This document shows positions 1 to 11,554 of a stretch of 64,000 nt of DNA, piece by piece. The stretch is from contig JBLDXI010000004.1 in the NCBI GenBank assembly GCA_047495785.1, forward strand, positions 2,852,001-2,916,000, in the 5' to 3' direction. The notes beneath the pieces were generated by a model. The model was not told the DNA's origin, searched no databases, and worked only from the letters and a program-made list of their open reading frames with translations. Position numbers and translations under genes: made by a program. Numbering within the stretch: the stretch's first letter is position 1; the number at the start of each line of letters is the position of its first letter. The stretch is from Lepidodermella squamata. Its lineage: Eukaryota; Animalia; Gastrotricha.

Positions 1-75
1 AGTTGTTGCAGCTGCCAAGGTTCGAGATGTTTAATTTGTGCGATCACTTAATTTATTTTTGCGAATGTTTTTCAG

Positions 76-671
76 AAAAAAGACCCCGCCAAAAAACTGC
101 AACCAAAAATAACAGGAAAAATGGTGAGTTTCACTCTTTGATTTAATTTGTGTTGTTGTTGTTGCTGTTGTTGTTGTTACATTTATTTGTCTTATTTAGG
201 ATATCACCCTGCCCGGCGCGACCGAGTCGATAGACATTTTTGCCATGCTGCGTACTGCTTGCCGTGGGACAATCGAATTGAACCGTTTTGCTGTTGCAAT
301 TGCCCGAATTGTTTTTGGTCCCGATTTTGGTCGTTACCTGTTATTTCCTGCTTACGGCCAGCGCCTTGAAGATCGGCCGCCGTTTCCTGTTGGCGACGTG
401 CGCCCGCGTATGTGGCAAAGTAAGAATATTTTATTATTTTATTAGCGTAAAAAAAATAAGCATTTATTCTCGCCGTATAGAAGTGATCGAGGCAGTATTT
501 GTTGATCAGCTCGATCAGATCGATATGAGTAATGCCATTAAGGCTGTGAATAAAAGTGCAGCCCGCGATGCCGCTAACAAAGACCGAACGTTAGGAGCCC
601 AGCTTTTGAGGGCCATTCGGGCCAAAGAACTGGTTGTTACTAAACCATCAGACGACGAAAGCGCCGATTAA
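76..671 (+). CDS. 3' exons (76-123, 200-419, 481-671) of a BEN-domain-like gene, probably transposon-borne; 5' part lies outside the window
   Basis: GT-AG introns with compatible phases give KKDPAKKLQPKITGKM-DITLPGATESIDIFAMLRTACRGTIELNRFAVAIARIVFGPDFGRYLLFPAYGQRLEDRPPFPVG...WQKVIEAVFV...IKAVNKSAARDAANK. The F..A.+AR++F / RPP / +K.+N pattern resembles BEN domains. Confidence 0.55.
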
Positions 672-1087
672 TCATCTCGACTCACTGGACTGGATTGGAC
701 TGGACTCATCTTCTTGACTTCCGAATTTCATCTCAATCAAACCGAATCAAATATTATTATCTCTTATTACCTGTGATTTGTTACGATTAAATTTTTTGCA
801 ACCTATTTGATACCTTCTTTTGACCTTCTTTTCTCTTCATTATTTATTTGAAACTAATTGAATGGTTTGAGGTGAAAAACCTGAATGATACAACAACAAC
901 AATAACAACTGAAAGTCTCAGAAAGCCTGCAATAATTTGTAATAATAAGTTGGACAATGGCAACAGAAGTAGGAGCAGGAGCAGGAGTACGAGAATAAGT
1001 TCATCAGCAACATTAAAGCCTGTAATAGCCACCCCCACCTGCAACAATAGCTGTAACAGTAACTGGGCTTGGATAAGACGCTCTTTT

Positions 1088-1374
1088 CATCTACTTGTCA
1101 TATAGATTTCATGTAGATTGCATCTACTTGTCATGTAGATGGCATCTACATGTCGTGTAGATTGCATCTACTTGTCATGTAGATATCATGTAGATAAGGC
1201 CATGTATCATCATGGCTTCATGTTAAGATGATGCTCGGATGAATTGTACATGAAGCTTAGCGATCATCTATGATTCATGTAAGTTACATCCAAGATGCAT
1301 CCTCGCATCAATGTAGATAACATCTAAATGACATCTACATCGACTGTCGATCTATCCTAACTTTATTCCTTGGG
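1088..1374. mobile_element. Right end of a CACTA/EnSpm-type element with subterminal CATCTAC/GTAGAT repeats, ending ...CTTTATTCCTTGGG
   Basis: Dense direct and inverted copies of catctac/gtagat(g) at 1088-1340. The terminal GGG (CCC on the other strand) matches the CCC/CAC termini of animal EnSpm elements. Confidence 0.55.
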
Positions 1375-1670
1375 TAGCGAAATATTCAATATTTTACCGA
1401 AATTATATTGCAATATTTTCTGAAATTCCGCGATTAATTTTTGAAGTAAAAATAATTACATGAAATTCTTCGTGATTCTCTATAGCACTAAAAATGCGGA
1501 AAAATATTAAAATATTAGTGTTAATAAAATTTTGGCTTAATTTCATATCTATTTCAAGCGATTCAAATTTCTAGATTGCAAAAACTTGCTATTTTCGCTT
1601 ACGAAATTTATCCAAATCAGGAAATCCGCAGCATATTGAAACCGAATTCCCAAATATGAAGCGGGTCTTA

Positions 1671-1898
1671 CTTTTAGCGGAACCAAATTTCGGAAGTTTC
1701 GATGGGCCTAAAACCACTTTTAGAACCTTTTTAGGATGTCACGATTGGTCAGCAAAATTCAAAATATATCATATTTAAATTCAGCGTGAACTTCTGTGTA
1801 AGATGCGTTCATCACTCTAGAATTCATACATTGCCCCGATTTTGTGGGAATTTTGGAAAAGTGACCTTTCGCTCACTAAAATTAGGTTCCGCTAAAAG
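1671..1898. mobile_element. MITE with ~20-bp TIRs
   Basis: cttttagcggaaccaaattt at 1671 and aaattaggttccgctaaaag ending 1898 (one mismatch). Confidence 0.7.
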
Positions 1899-2082
1899 AT
1901 ATTCTGATATTACTGCAATCGTTATCGCTCAAGAAAAATTATTGACTCAAATCTAGTCGTCAAGCCCTTCCTAATTCCTAATTAAAGCTGCGATGCGACG
2001 ATTTAACATATCAAACCCAATAACCTGAAAATGCCAAGTTTTCAAAATTAATTATTTCTCAATTTTTTCCATTTTTCTCCAG

Positions 2083-3377
2083 GTTACTTCAGCTGCCCTC
2101 GCTGCTTGATCCATGGCCGAATTCGAGCAGGAGGCAAAACCGTGTACTTCGCGTCCGAGGCTGGAATTGAACTTCGAACCCACGAAATGGTAATGGAGGC
2201 TGCTAGGCTTGAAACAAAACGAGATCCTGTGCAGGGCATTTTCGGCTGGGCGGTAGTCAGCTTGATTCTCGATATGGTGTTGTCATTTCCGTTTGACTAC
2301 CTTCACAACGCTTGTCATTGTGTGATTCGGGTGCTTCTAGCTGCATTTATCGATAAGGCTGCTACTCCAATTTGCCACATTGGCGAAGCTGCGGTGCTTC
2401 AAGCTGAGCGTGAACTTGAAGTTAAAATGCCGTCGTGTTACCATCGAATTTACCGGTCTCTTGTTGATCGTCACCTGTTCAAGGCGAATGAAAATCGTGC
2501 ACTGATTTTATTTGTTGCACCTGTTCTCTTTCATGACCTGCTCAACCCTCGAGTCTATGCTAATTTCATCGACTTCTCCAGTGGTTTATACGAGGCTTTA
2601 AAGCCGAATCCTCGCCCGCAATTCGTTGCCGATCGAATGCGAAATTTCATCATTAATTTCGAAAGATTGCATGGCCCAGAGCGATGCACTTCAAACATAC
2701 ATCAACTCGATCATATGGCTGAAGATGTGGCCACATTCGGACCGTTGTACAAAACGAGCACCTTCGAATTTGAGAGTAAGGCCGGTGAAATTGTCCGCTA
2801 TCTCACTAGCCCAAATGGGGTCATCTCTCAAACTATTGACCGAGTTTTGCTGCTTGAAATGATGACATCATGCAACGAACCGCCCGAATGGGCACTTCAG
2901 CTGTTATCTAAGCAGTATCGCCACGTCGGTGCAGTGGTTAAAACGGCTAATGCAACTCTGATCGGCCTCGGCGAGGAATTCCAGATCGATGAGATCGACT
3001 CGTTCAACATTGAACGTGACTTGCAGCTACAAGTACAAAAAGATGAAGTTGTTCGCGATTGGTCACGGGGCATTTGTCGAGTTCAATCGAAAAAAGTCAG
3101 CGTCGCCAAGGACGACTTGTTTCACCTGGGTGACAACAGCTTTGCCAAGGTGCGAAATTTGATAAGAATCAACGAGCGAACCTACGTGAAAGCAACCAGG
3201 TTCCAGGCTAGGTTGGTTCATGGCATTCAGGTTCACTTGATTGACGGGGCATCAGCGAGACTGGCAGAGCCGTGTTTTCTGAAGCTTGAAAATCTTGCGG
3301 CTCCAGCTGTAAAAATCACTTACAGGCGTCTCAACTACGTCATACCGTTCCCGAATTGCGTCGAAATAACGTTTTGA
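2083..3377 (+). CDS. Terminal exon of a CACTA/EnSpm (CMC superfamily) transposase
   Basis: Acceptor ttctccag at 2075-2082 gives GYFSCPRCLIHG. Motifs PFDYLHNACH, FKANENR and TSNIHQLDHM-x6-FGPLYKTSTFEFES are typical of CMC/EnSpm transposases. Possible element end ...atttttccatGGG at 3856. Confidence 0.85.
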
Positions 3378-4203
3378 TTAACTTTTTTTTATATTATTTC
3401 ACGATTTTTGTGAATAATCGCTCTTATCCTTTGCACATATTCAAATTATTGTGAAACAACGTGTGAATGTGACTGAACAGATCCAATAAAAGTTGGAATT
3501 TCTGCGAAAAAATGACCTTTATTTTACTCAAGGACTCGATTTTTCGTTGTTTTTTTGCGAAACTCTTTATTCTTTAGGTGGCCAAAATAGGGGTAAATTG
3601 GCACAAAATCGCAGCCGGATCAAATCGCCTCATTCTGCGCCAAATTCGTCCTTGATCGAAACCTAAAATTTCGCAAAAATAAGCAGTCTTTCTAATTTTG
3701 ACCAGCTTGGCGTTCGGCTTGAATTTTCGGAAAAATGAAGGAAAAATGAGGCCCAAAGTACGCCAACTTGGGGTGAAAATTCCGGAAAATTCCACTTCGG
3801 CCCACCGTTTTCGGTCAGGGCATTGTTGATGGAGACGAAAAGAATTTTTCCATGGGAAGTTGAAAGATAAAATTACGTTAAAATGTTAAGAGTTAAGATA
3901 ATGTAATAAGTTGTTGAGAATGCCGGGAGGAACCCCCATACTGTCACCGTTTGTGAGTGGACAAGTTGTTTGTTTGTTTGTATGCCGCCAGTGTGCGCAC
4001 AGTCTATGCACGCCATGTCGCGCAAGACAACACAGCAAATTATACATTTGGAGCAAATTAAATTCATTCAATTTCAGGTCATGAATCATTTAAATTTTGT
4101 TGTGAATTATTAGGTATACTCTTATTATTATACTCTCATAGGCACGTAATATAATTTTCGAGGGGAAAATTAAAGCGATAATTTCTTAAAGCTAAAACTG
4201 GCA

Positions 4204-4602
4204 ATGGCGATGGCAATAAATGGCAATAAAACTGAGAGTGTCACGAATCACGAAAAGGAACAGAGATCTAAAAAGCAAATTAGTGACAGAAATCGTCGAC
4301 TGAATGAGAAACCTCAGCGCTATTTGGATCGTCTGGCCAAAATGAGAGTTGCTGCTGTCATTCGACGGCCTTTGGAGAAGCCAGAACAAACCGAGACCCG
4401 GAGGGTAAAGGAGAAGGAAGCGGTCGCCATTCGACGGTCTTTAGAGAAGCCAGAACGAACCGAGACCCGGAGGGTAAAGGAGAAGGAAGCGATCGCCATT
4501 CGACGCTCTTTGGAGACGCGCGAGCGCCTAACAATAGCACTGGTTCCCATTGTTCTCCGCCGTGCCAATATCAAGCCCATCTTCCATGGCATCTGTGAAT
4601 AG
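4204..4602 (+). pseudogene. STPR-like 23-aa repeat ORF, probable fragment of a Helitron RepHel N-terminus
   Basis: 69-bp direct repeat encoding the 23-aa unit IRRxLEKPExTETRRVKEKEAxA (just over two copies). No Rep or helicase motifs follow. Confidence 0.55.
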
Positions 4603-4973
4603 TGGCGACAATGCATGAGATCGACATAATTAATTGTTTTCGATTTATTTGCCTTTCTCATGCTGTAATTATCAATTCGTCGATGCTGAGCACGAATTTA
4701 ACATGCTCCGACCCCGTGGACGTGTCCTTGGTTGAGATAATGGAAAACCAAAGGTCAGGCGACGCGGCGCCCGGCGACCGGAATTTTTGAATTTCCCCTG
4801 TCGTCCACGCCTGTCGTACACTCCATTAATTATTCAGTTTTGGCTTTTTGATCTAAAACTAGTTAACCACCCTTTACATTACAGCCTTATCGTACTGGGA
4901 GCAAGCTACGTGACGAAGTTGGTGGTAGATTGGAGACCGTCTCACGAGCGGTCATTTCATGACCTCGATCCTG

Positions 4974-5112
4974 CCCGTATCAACAATTTTCAGTATTACG
5001 TAGGATGAAATATGCTAATGAGCACTTTTCATTGTGATTTCACGCACTGAACAATGAAAAGTGCTCATTAGCATATTTCATCCTACGTAATATTGAAAAT
5101 TGTTGATACGGG
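4974..5112. mobile_element. 139-bp near-perfect hairpin MITE (CCC...GGG, 2-bp TG duplication)
   Basis: ~62-bp arms cccgtatcaacaattttca...cattgt / acaatg...ttgttgatacggg, flanked by tg on both sides. Confidence 0.8.
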
Positions 5113-5599
5113 TGGCCCCCCATTTTGAGATGCGATATTACTAACCTTTTTTTATAGAAGGTAGACGTGCTAACAGCCAAACATGAAGCGTGGCAACTAC
5201 TCAGGAGTCTTCGAACGAAGTTGTTCAGGGGGAGGAAAAGGTACTGGCCGAAGCGTTCGGCCTTCCCTATGAAGCTCGGGTATGGCGGCGTCCTTGTGCT
5301 GTCTGTCGATGTTGCTCATAGGTTACTCGATCAGTTGTTGAAACTCATTACGCCGTTGACCGAATCTGTTGCTCTTAGGCTCTTGGGCTGCTATCACCGG
5401 CATTTTGATGCGTCCGAACTTGATCTGCGACGAACTGAGTCTCTACAACTCCCAGAACCGACGAGTTATCCGTTCTCCGTTGCGTGGTAGCTGCCGCGTA
5501 TCGCCTTGAGACTTTCATAACTCCCTGCATAGATCACTCCGTTCTCTAGGACTCCCGTGTTAGAGGCATTATTAGTCCTATTTTCTACGAGCGAGGAAA

Positions 5600-6168
5600 C
5601 GGACACTTCACTCTGCGGGAGAACTACCGCTAGGGATGGTAGGGATCGTCCCTACCAGTTCCCCGGTCTTACTTCACTATCTTTCACGAACTGAGCCTCT
5701 TCAACTCCCAGTACCGCTGAGTTTTCCGTTAGTCAGCGATTGGTTCAATTTAGCATACACTTTGACTCGCCTATGGCTCTCTACAACTCCCGGGTTAGAA
5801 GGTTGTAGAAATTTTCTAACCGTAGCACCACCGTAGTTCTACGGTCTACCGTAGTGAACACGTTGCCGTATTGTACGGTACCGTAGGTGGACAAAATGAT
5901 AAGTGACAGTAGCAGATGAGATTTGAACCCTCAATTGAACCCTCAATTGAACCCTCGAAGACAGGCCCCCTATCAACTGAGCTATCATGCAGTTTCAAGC
6001 GCATGCTAGTCTTTTGAAGGTGTCCCTGAGTGGTTTTTGCGTTCGTTTCAAACAAGACAGTTTCTGGAAAGTTTCATTTCTAGAAGAAAGTCTACTAGTG
6101 AAAACTATGGTACCGTGCTGAAAAACTACCGCACCGCAGTGCCTTACCGTAGTTTCTACCGTAGTCGT
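5600..6168. mobile_element. CACTA-type ends rich in ACCGTAG/CTACGG subterminal repeats
   Basis: ...ctacggtctaccgtagtg at 5856 is the reverse complement of CACTAC. A second accgtag cluster ends ...accgtagtcgtg at 6168. Confidence 0.5.
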
Positions 6169-6759
6169 GACTTAGAACTTAGAACTAAGATACATATGTA
6201 CGGTATGCATGGTGCTAGGGGTGTCACCTCTTTTGTACATAATGTGCAAAACTGGTCTCCTCCGTTCACCCAGCACCTTTGGCACGGCGCAGCACGCCAT
6301 CTTGAGAGTCCGTCCTACAACTACTACGCCAGAGTCTCCGCCCTCGAGCACTGCTGTCGCTTGCCAGGCGAGTTTGTGTGGCGCATTCAACGCCGCCATG
6401 AGGTAACCTTGGGAGGTAACGCCGTTTGCTAGGTGGTGCCGTTGCGTGAGGTTATGGAAAGGTTGCTGTTAATCTTGGTCTTGTCATGCATAGAGATTAC
6501 AGCAGGCTCGATTCAGGCCTAACCCGATAGTTTATAGATCATTGTTCTCGTCAGTCTCAAAGGTTCCCCCCGGCGCTACTGCGGCAGCTTTGCTGCTGCT
6601 GTTGCCAATTTGTAAAAATGAAAATTGTGAAATCAAATAACCAGCGACACGTGTCATTGCGCAGGTCGCGTGCAAGAACACGAAACACGCCGTAAACCTG
6701 AAGGAATGACACATTTTCTGATTCAATTTTGAGAGAGAAATCGTTTGGTAAAATTTTCA

Positions 6760-6918
6760 ACAACATTTGCGACGATTTGAATTATACTGCGAGGGAAAGT
6801 CGATTTGCTGCGGAGAAAAGTCATTACTGCGCCAAAAAGTGTGTTACTGCGAAAAAAGACATTTACTGCGAAAGAAAGATATTTACTGCGGGATAAAGTA
6901 TTTTTCTTATTACTCCCC
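6760..6918. repeat. Subterminal TTACTGCG repeat array of a DNA-transposon end
   Basis: Six regularly spaced (tt)actgcg/gctgcg units ending in cccc. Confidence 0.5.
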
Positions 6919-7050
6919 ATACCTTATTTCTTAGAAATATATGCTGGGGTAGCCTTGAGATTGAACAATTAGGGTTGTATTTGAGGTGGAGAATGAGGTA
7001 AGCAAACCCTAAGCAATGATGAACGTGCTCAGCTAAATGACTGTTTAAGC

Positions 7051-7657
7051 TTTTTTTTTTATTTACATAATCTTTCGGGTGCGTACTGATGACGTACTTA
7101 TAACGACATCCCTAGTTTGTTCATATAGCATTTGAAAAGGTCAATATCAACAATTTCCGGAAAGCAGGTTTTCGGTATTCCGTTCCATAGTTGTATTATT
7201 TTCTCGACTCTCTCGTAGGGCTTGATGTTTCGCTGCTGGTTTGACGGTTTCGCTAGGCAGATTTGATGGTGGTGTTTTGCTGCCGATGCCCTGGTACCGG
7301 TTTTCCTCACAAAGATGCGTCTGAATTTTGATCTGACTTGTTTCGTTCCGCGACCCGCCACGATTATCTTGTACCACCGTAGAAGACTAGCCATAGAGAT
7401 GGCCCGAGTGCGCTTCCTTGACAGATACCTGCAGCTTCCTCACGCACGCTCGAAGCAGCTCCAGCAACTAGCACTCGAAAGGACCTGTCGCTCAAGTATG
7501 ACTTGATGAGAGCGTGTACTTTTCCTTGGATGCCGGCTCGCCAGAGAATGTCTAGTAGCAGCAGGCGATCGACCCGATCGAAGGCGCCACTGACATCCGT
7601 TTGCCTGAGGATAAAATCCCGCCCTTCATTACTTGTGCTGATGATATCGATAATCAC
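7051..7657 (-). mobile_element. 5'-truncated, internally deleted CR1/L2-like LINE
   Basis: RT motifs DVSGAFDRVD, SYLSDRSFRV and GICQGSALGP; C-terminal ...LWNGIP; poly(A) tail (T10 at 7051-7060). The YADD motif is missing. Confidence 0.85.
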
Positions 7658-7812
7658 GGAGAGCTGCGTATCCGTGTCACGGAGAGCTGCGTATCCGTGT
7701 CACGGAGAGCTGCGTATCCGTATCACGGAGAGCTGCGTATCCGTGTCACGGAGAGCTGCGTATCCGTATCACGGAGAGCTGCGTATCCGTATCACGGAGA
7801 GCTGCGTATCCG
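7655..7812. repeat. Tandem repeat, 7 x 23 bp (cacggagagctgcgtatccgt(g/a)t)
   Basis: Units start at 7655, 7678, 7701, 7724, 7747, 7770 and 7793, with no spacers. Confidence 0.95.
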
Positions 7813-7996
7813 GGGCTGCATCGTCGTCAGCTTATTTGTCGCAGCTGAAATGTCGCCGACATTTGATTGAATTTTGGCTGAGATGTCGCAGGCTGAATTG
7901 TCGCTCAGTTATTTGGGCTTAATTGTCGTTGGACTAAAAAGTCCGGCCGGAATAGTCGCGGCTGAAATGACATGTGCTGCATTGATGCCACACCCC
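7812..7996. mobile_element. Small MITE-like element (GGGG...CCCC) with GCTGAAATGTC-type repeats
   Basis: Repeated gctga(a/g)(a/t)tgtcgc motifs between terminal G4 and C4 runs. Confidence 0.45.
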
Positions 7997-8596
7997 AATA
8001 TCTCGTTGGTTAGAGTTAAGGAATGAAACAGTTGGCCAAATTAGAGGCTCGGCGCTCATTCTGCGACTATTCTGCGAGACGCTTTTTCATTATTTTTCAT
8101 TTTCGTGAAATTCGAAGCGGGTTTTCAGGCTCAGGTTTGATATATTTACACGCTGTTTCAATGGGGAGCACATTTATCGGAACAACAGCCGCTTCGTGGA
8201 GGATTAAATGCGAGATTTCAATCTCGATTTGAAGAAATTAACATTTCATGTCGGAATTCTAACGAAATTGTGTATTGAAATGTTTTCAATAGGTCATGGT
8301 AACTCGATTAGACCCTTTTCAATCTCATATGATCGGAAAAACATTTTTCATCAGACCAATGTCTTATTTCTCCTGACAACCAAAATGTGACTGTAACCTG
8401 CTGACTTGCTTTTACATATTTTCAAATAATTACAGTAAAAATGTGACTAATCGGATCGCCATAAATATGTTACCAACAGATACTGCCGGTTCACCTATGA
8501 AACCCCTATGAACGAAACGAAAATCTGTTTTATTTGTCCTTAGTTGACATACAAATTAAATTTAAAGGCAGAAAATAATAACAATAAAAATACATA

Positions 8597-9305
8597 TGTC
8601 AGACCAGGCGCCGGCACACAGAGGACACGCGATTGTCTAAGACAGTTCGCAGATGACACTATTGGGGAGGCAGAAAGGAAGGATTTATCAGAAGCTCAAG
8701 TGTCATCGGGTGCGGGTAGATAGGAAAGTGAACAAAAGTGCTAGAACAGTTCATAAGACATAGAGCAACGTAGACATAGAGCAACGTAAATCGTAAATGA
8801 AGAGAAGAGCATGAACAGGAATGATGAGAAGAAAGAAACAGAGACAGAAGGAAGGAATAGAAAGAAATTCGGACAGAGACAGAGCAGAGGATAAGAGAAG
8901 GATGGAGAATACAAGGAATAAAGGGGAGAGGGTGGACTAAGTCACGAAGACAAGGAGCGGGCCCGACGACAGGCGGTCATGGAGGACGACTACGGGTGAC
9001 TTCATCGTCGTTGGCGGACGTAAGCGGACGCCTTCGATTTGCTCGCGAAGTGGTAGCACAAAATCGAACTTTGGGAAAATCGAGAAAATCGATATTTTCA
9101 TGTCTGAAGAAATAGGACATTGGTCGGATGAAAAAAGTCGCACCCTTCAAATCTGTCAACACGTCTCATGCGGTTCTTGAACAGCCTCGATATGTTCGGC
9201 TATGTTATAGCTTTTAATCGTGTAATAATCCTATAATCATTTCCATTAATTTTTATTTTCTACTATCACGGCGGTCAGCACAGGCACGCGACACTTGGTG
9301 TGACT
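8597..9305. mobile_element. Possible solo LTR
   Basis: Begins TGTCAGACCA and ends TGGTGTGAC (imperfect inverted ends); purine-skewed interior; no clear TSD. Confidence 0.3.
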
Positions 9306-9770
9306 AATCCAACGCGCGTGAGAAAATTACGTTTTCCACTACAAATTCACACTAATGCTAAGTCCATTTTATTTTCATCAATTTCCCAATTTTAGGCCCA
9401 AATCCCGTATAACATGATTAACCTAATTTGAACACTTTTATGCTTCGACACGCGCTCAGCTTTATTCGCTTTCTTCCTTGTCATTACTACCGTAACTCAA
9501 GCGAGCGCCGATTTTAAGCGAGGGGGCATCCATAAAGGACGTCCGGCTTTCGAGGGGGGAGGGGGTCGACTAAAGTGTGACTCGCGAATGAGGGGGGTCG
9601 GGCGAAGTCGGACATGCGAGATAATCACACATTTTTATTTAGCAATGTGCGCAGTCACACTCGACGGATTTGCAACACCTGTTTCAATAGCAAGTCAATT
9701 TTCGCCAATTTTCACCACTAAGAACGAGGACACTCCCAGACCGGCATTTGCACTGCAGAACAACGCCGAA

Positions 9771-10364
9771 CACAGGGGCTGAAAATGTCTGCCGAACAAA
9801 GGGGTGAAATCGAATTGTACTGACTTGTTCGGCTTTTTTCCGCAAATTTGTTCGGACTTGTTCGGAATTCTTCAAGGAAAATCATTACAGCCAAAAAATA
9901 TAAAAATCTGCGCGAAGGCTGTGGGAGTTGAACCATCGTTCTCACACTCCTAACCCAGCCTCTCTCACCACTAAGCCATCTACTCTCTTGAAATCAGTGA
10001 CCGATTTCTTGCTATTTAACTGAGTGGGTGCAAATCGAAACTTGGAAACTATGATGGCTACGAAAATTCTGAAAAAGCCATTAGATTCAGCGTGTCCGCT
10101 TTTCTTTATGGACTTTCTTTGCTGGCAAGAGCGCAGGTGCCCACCGATGTTCAGTATTGAGTTATTCAGTTAAATAGCAAGAAATCGGTCACTGATTTCA
10201 AGACAGTAGATGGCTTAGTGGTGAGAGAGGCTGGGTTAGGAGTGTGAGAACGATGGTTCAACTCCCACAGCCTTCGCGCAGATTTTTATATTTTTTGGTT
10301 GAAATTATTTTCCTTGAAGAATTCCGAACAAGTCCGAACAAATTTGCGGAAAAAAGCCGAACAA
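9771..10364. mobile_element. CACAG-starting element with ~199-bp inverted arms, each carrying a tRNA-like Pol III unit
   Basis: Arms 9825-10023 and 10166-10364 are near-exact reverse complements. They contain ccgaacaa repeats, A box TGGCTTAGTGG and B box GGTTCAACTCC. Confidence 0.75.
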
Positions 10365-10620
10365 TTAATTGCATCATTTTGATCCACCATCGTTGGCCAT
10401 ATTTTTAAACAGTGGTTAAAAGTCCCTAAATTTCTTGAAAAACTCATTCCGAACTAAAAGCAAGAGGTTAACATAGACGTAACCGCAATTCACCCGTTTC
10501 TTGATAGCAGGTTGCATGAGACTTCCCGATCATTTTCTGAACACATTATAGGTGCTGCAGTGTAATAAGTAACACCTGGAAAAAGCATGCGAAATTTGCA
10601 TTGAAAATTGCAATGACACG

Positions 10621-10658
10621 ACCAAGTCACCAAGTCACCAAGTCACCAAGTCACCAAG
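10621..10658. repeat. Microsatellite (accaagtc) x ~5
   Basis: Direct reading of the sequence. Confidence 0.9.
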
Positions 10659-10767
10659 CTCTCTGGACGACAACACGCAAGCTGACTGTGGCTGATGGAT
10701 GACAGCAATGGCTGACAATGGACTTTGACCCGGAAAATCGGAAACATAATGTTATTTTATATATATT

Positions 10768-11245
10768 TGTCGTAGTTTATTAAGCAATTTAGTTGGATTG
10801 GGAATCCAACTAGTTTAATAAGCAAACTTTTAAAAAACTAGTTTATAAGGCAATCAAACACAAGTATTGTGCTAAACAATACCTCCCTGGGGAGAGGCTT
10901 AGCTACTGAACAACCAACTCGATTGATAGCGTCAAGCAAATGTTATAAATACATTTTATGGCTATTTTTGCGCCCTATTTCAATTTGCAACATTAAATTT
11001 TGTTATGGTAGAGCCATTGCCATTTCGGCGAAATAAACGAGACGAAACGGCAAAGAAAACCACTTCTGACCTTCTTCAGGGTTGGATTCTCAAAATTTTA
11101 GGTGAATTGCGTAATATGTTGCTATTTAACCCCAACTTTTGGTATTGGATCAATTATCACGGTATATTAAACTAGATTTTTGAGCAAATTGGCAAAAAAC
11201 TAGTTGGATTCCCAATCCAACTGAATTGCTTATTAGACTACGACA
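10768..11245. mobile_element. MITE with ~45-bp TIRs
   Basis: tgtcgtagtttattaagcaatttagttggattgggaatccaactagttt versus aaactagttggattcccaatccaactgaattgcttattagactacgaca. Confidence 0.8.
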
Positions 11246-11395
11246 TATTCAATCGCGGCGATGTTCGTTAAAATCAAGACAATTGCGAATTTTTATAGAA
11301 TTTTATAGAATGTTTTTAGCCCTCGCTTAGATAACGGCCAAATTCAACGAAATTTCCATGAATTATCAAACTATTTTTATCCAATGTTTCCTGAC

Positions 11396-11554
11396 CAGTG
11401 CGCGAAGTAGGATCCTCGAGCTAGGGGGTATTTTCGGGCCCAAATTTTACGACCAAAAGGTCCCCCCTGTGGTTTTTTGGGGGATTTTCCACTTAGGCCT
11501 TGTGAACTGGGGGGTACGATACCCCTCATCCCCCCCGTACTTCCCGCACCACTG
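11396..11554. mobile_element. hAT-type MITE, 8-bp TSD TTCCTGAC
   Basis: CAGTG...CACTG termini; TSD at 11388-11395 and 11555-11562. Confidence 0.9.

Noticed and set aside
148-369. Poly-cysteine or metallothionein-like ORF
   Set aside because: The Cys run is an intronic (TTG)n microsatellite, and the ORF overlaps the BEN-like exon in another frame.
7655-7812. CRISPR-like array
   Set aside because: The units are contiguous with no unique spacers, no cas genes are present, the context is eukaryotic, and the unit is explained by LINE sequence.
7503-7922. Repeat-protein ORFs (RITESCVSVSRRAAYP...)
   Set aside because: These are translations of the 23-bp tandem repeat antisense to the LINE.
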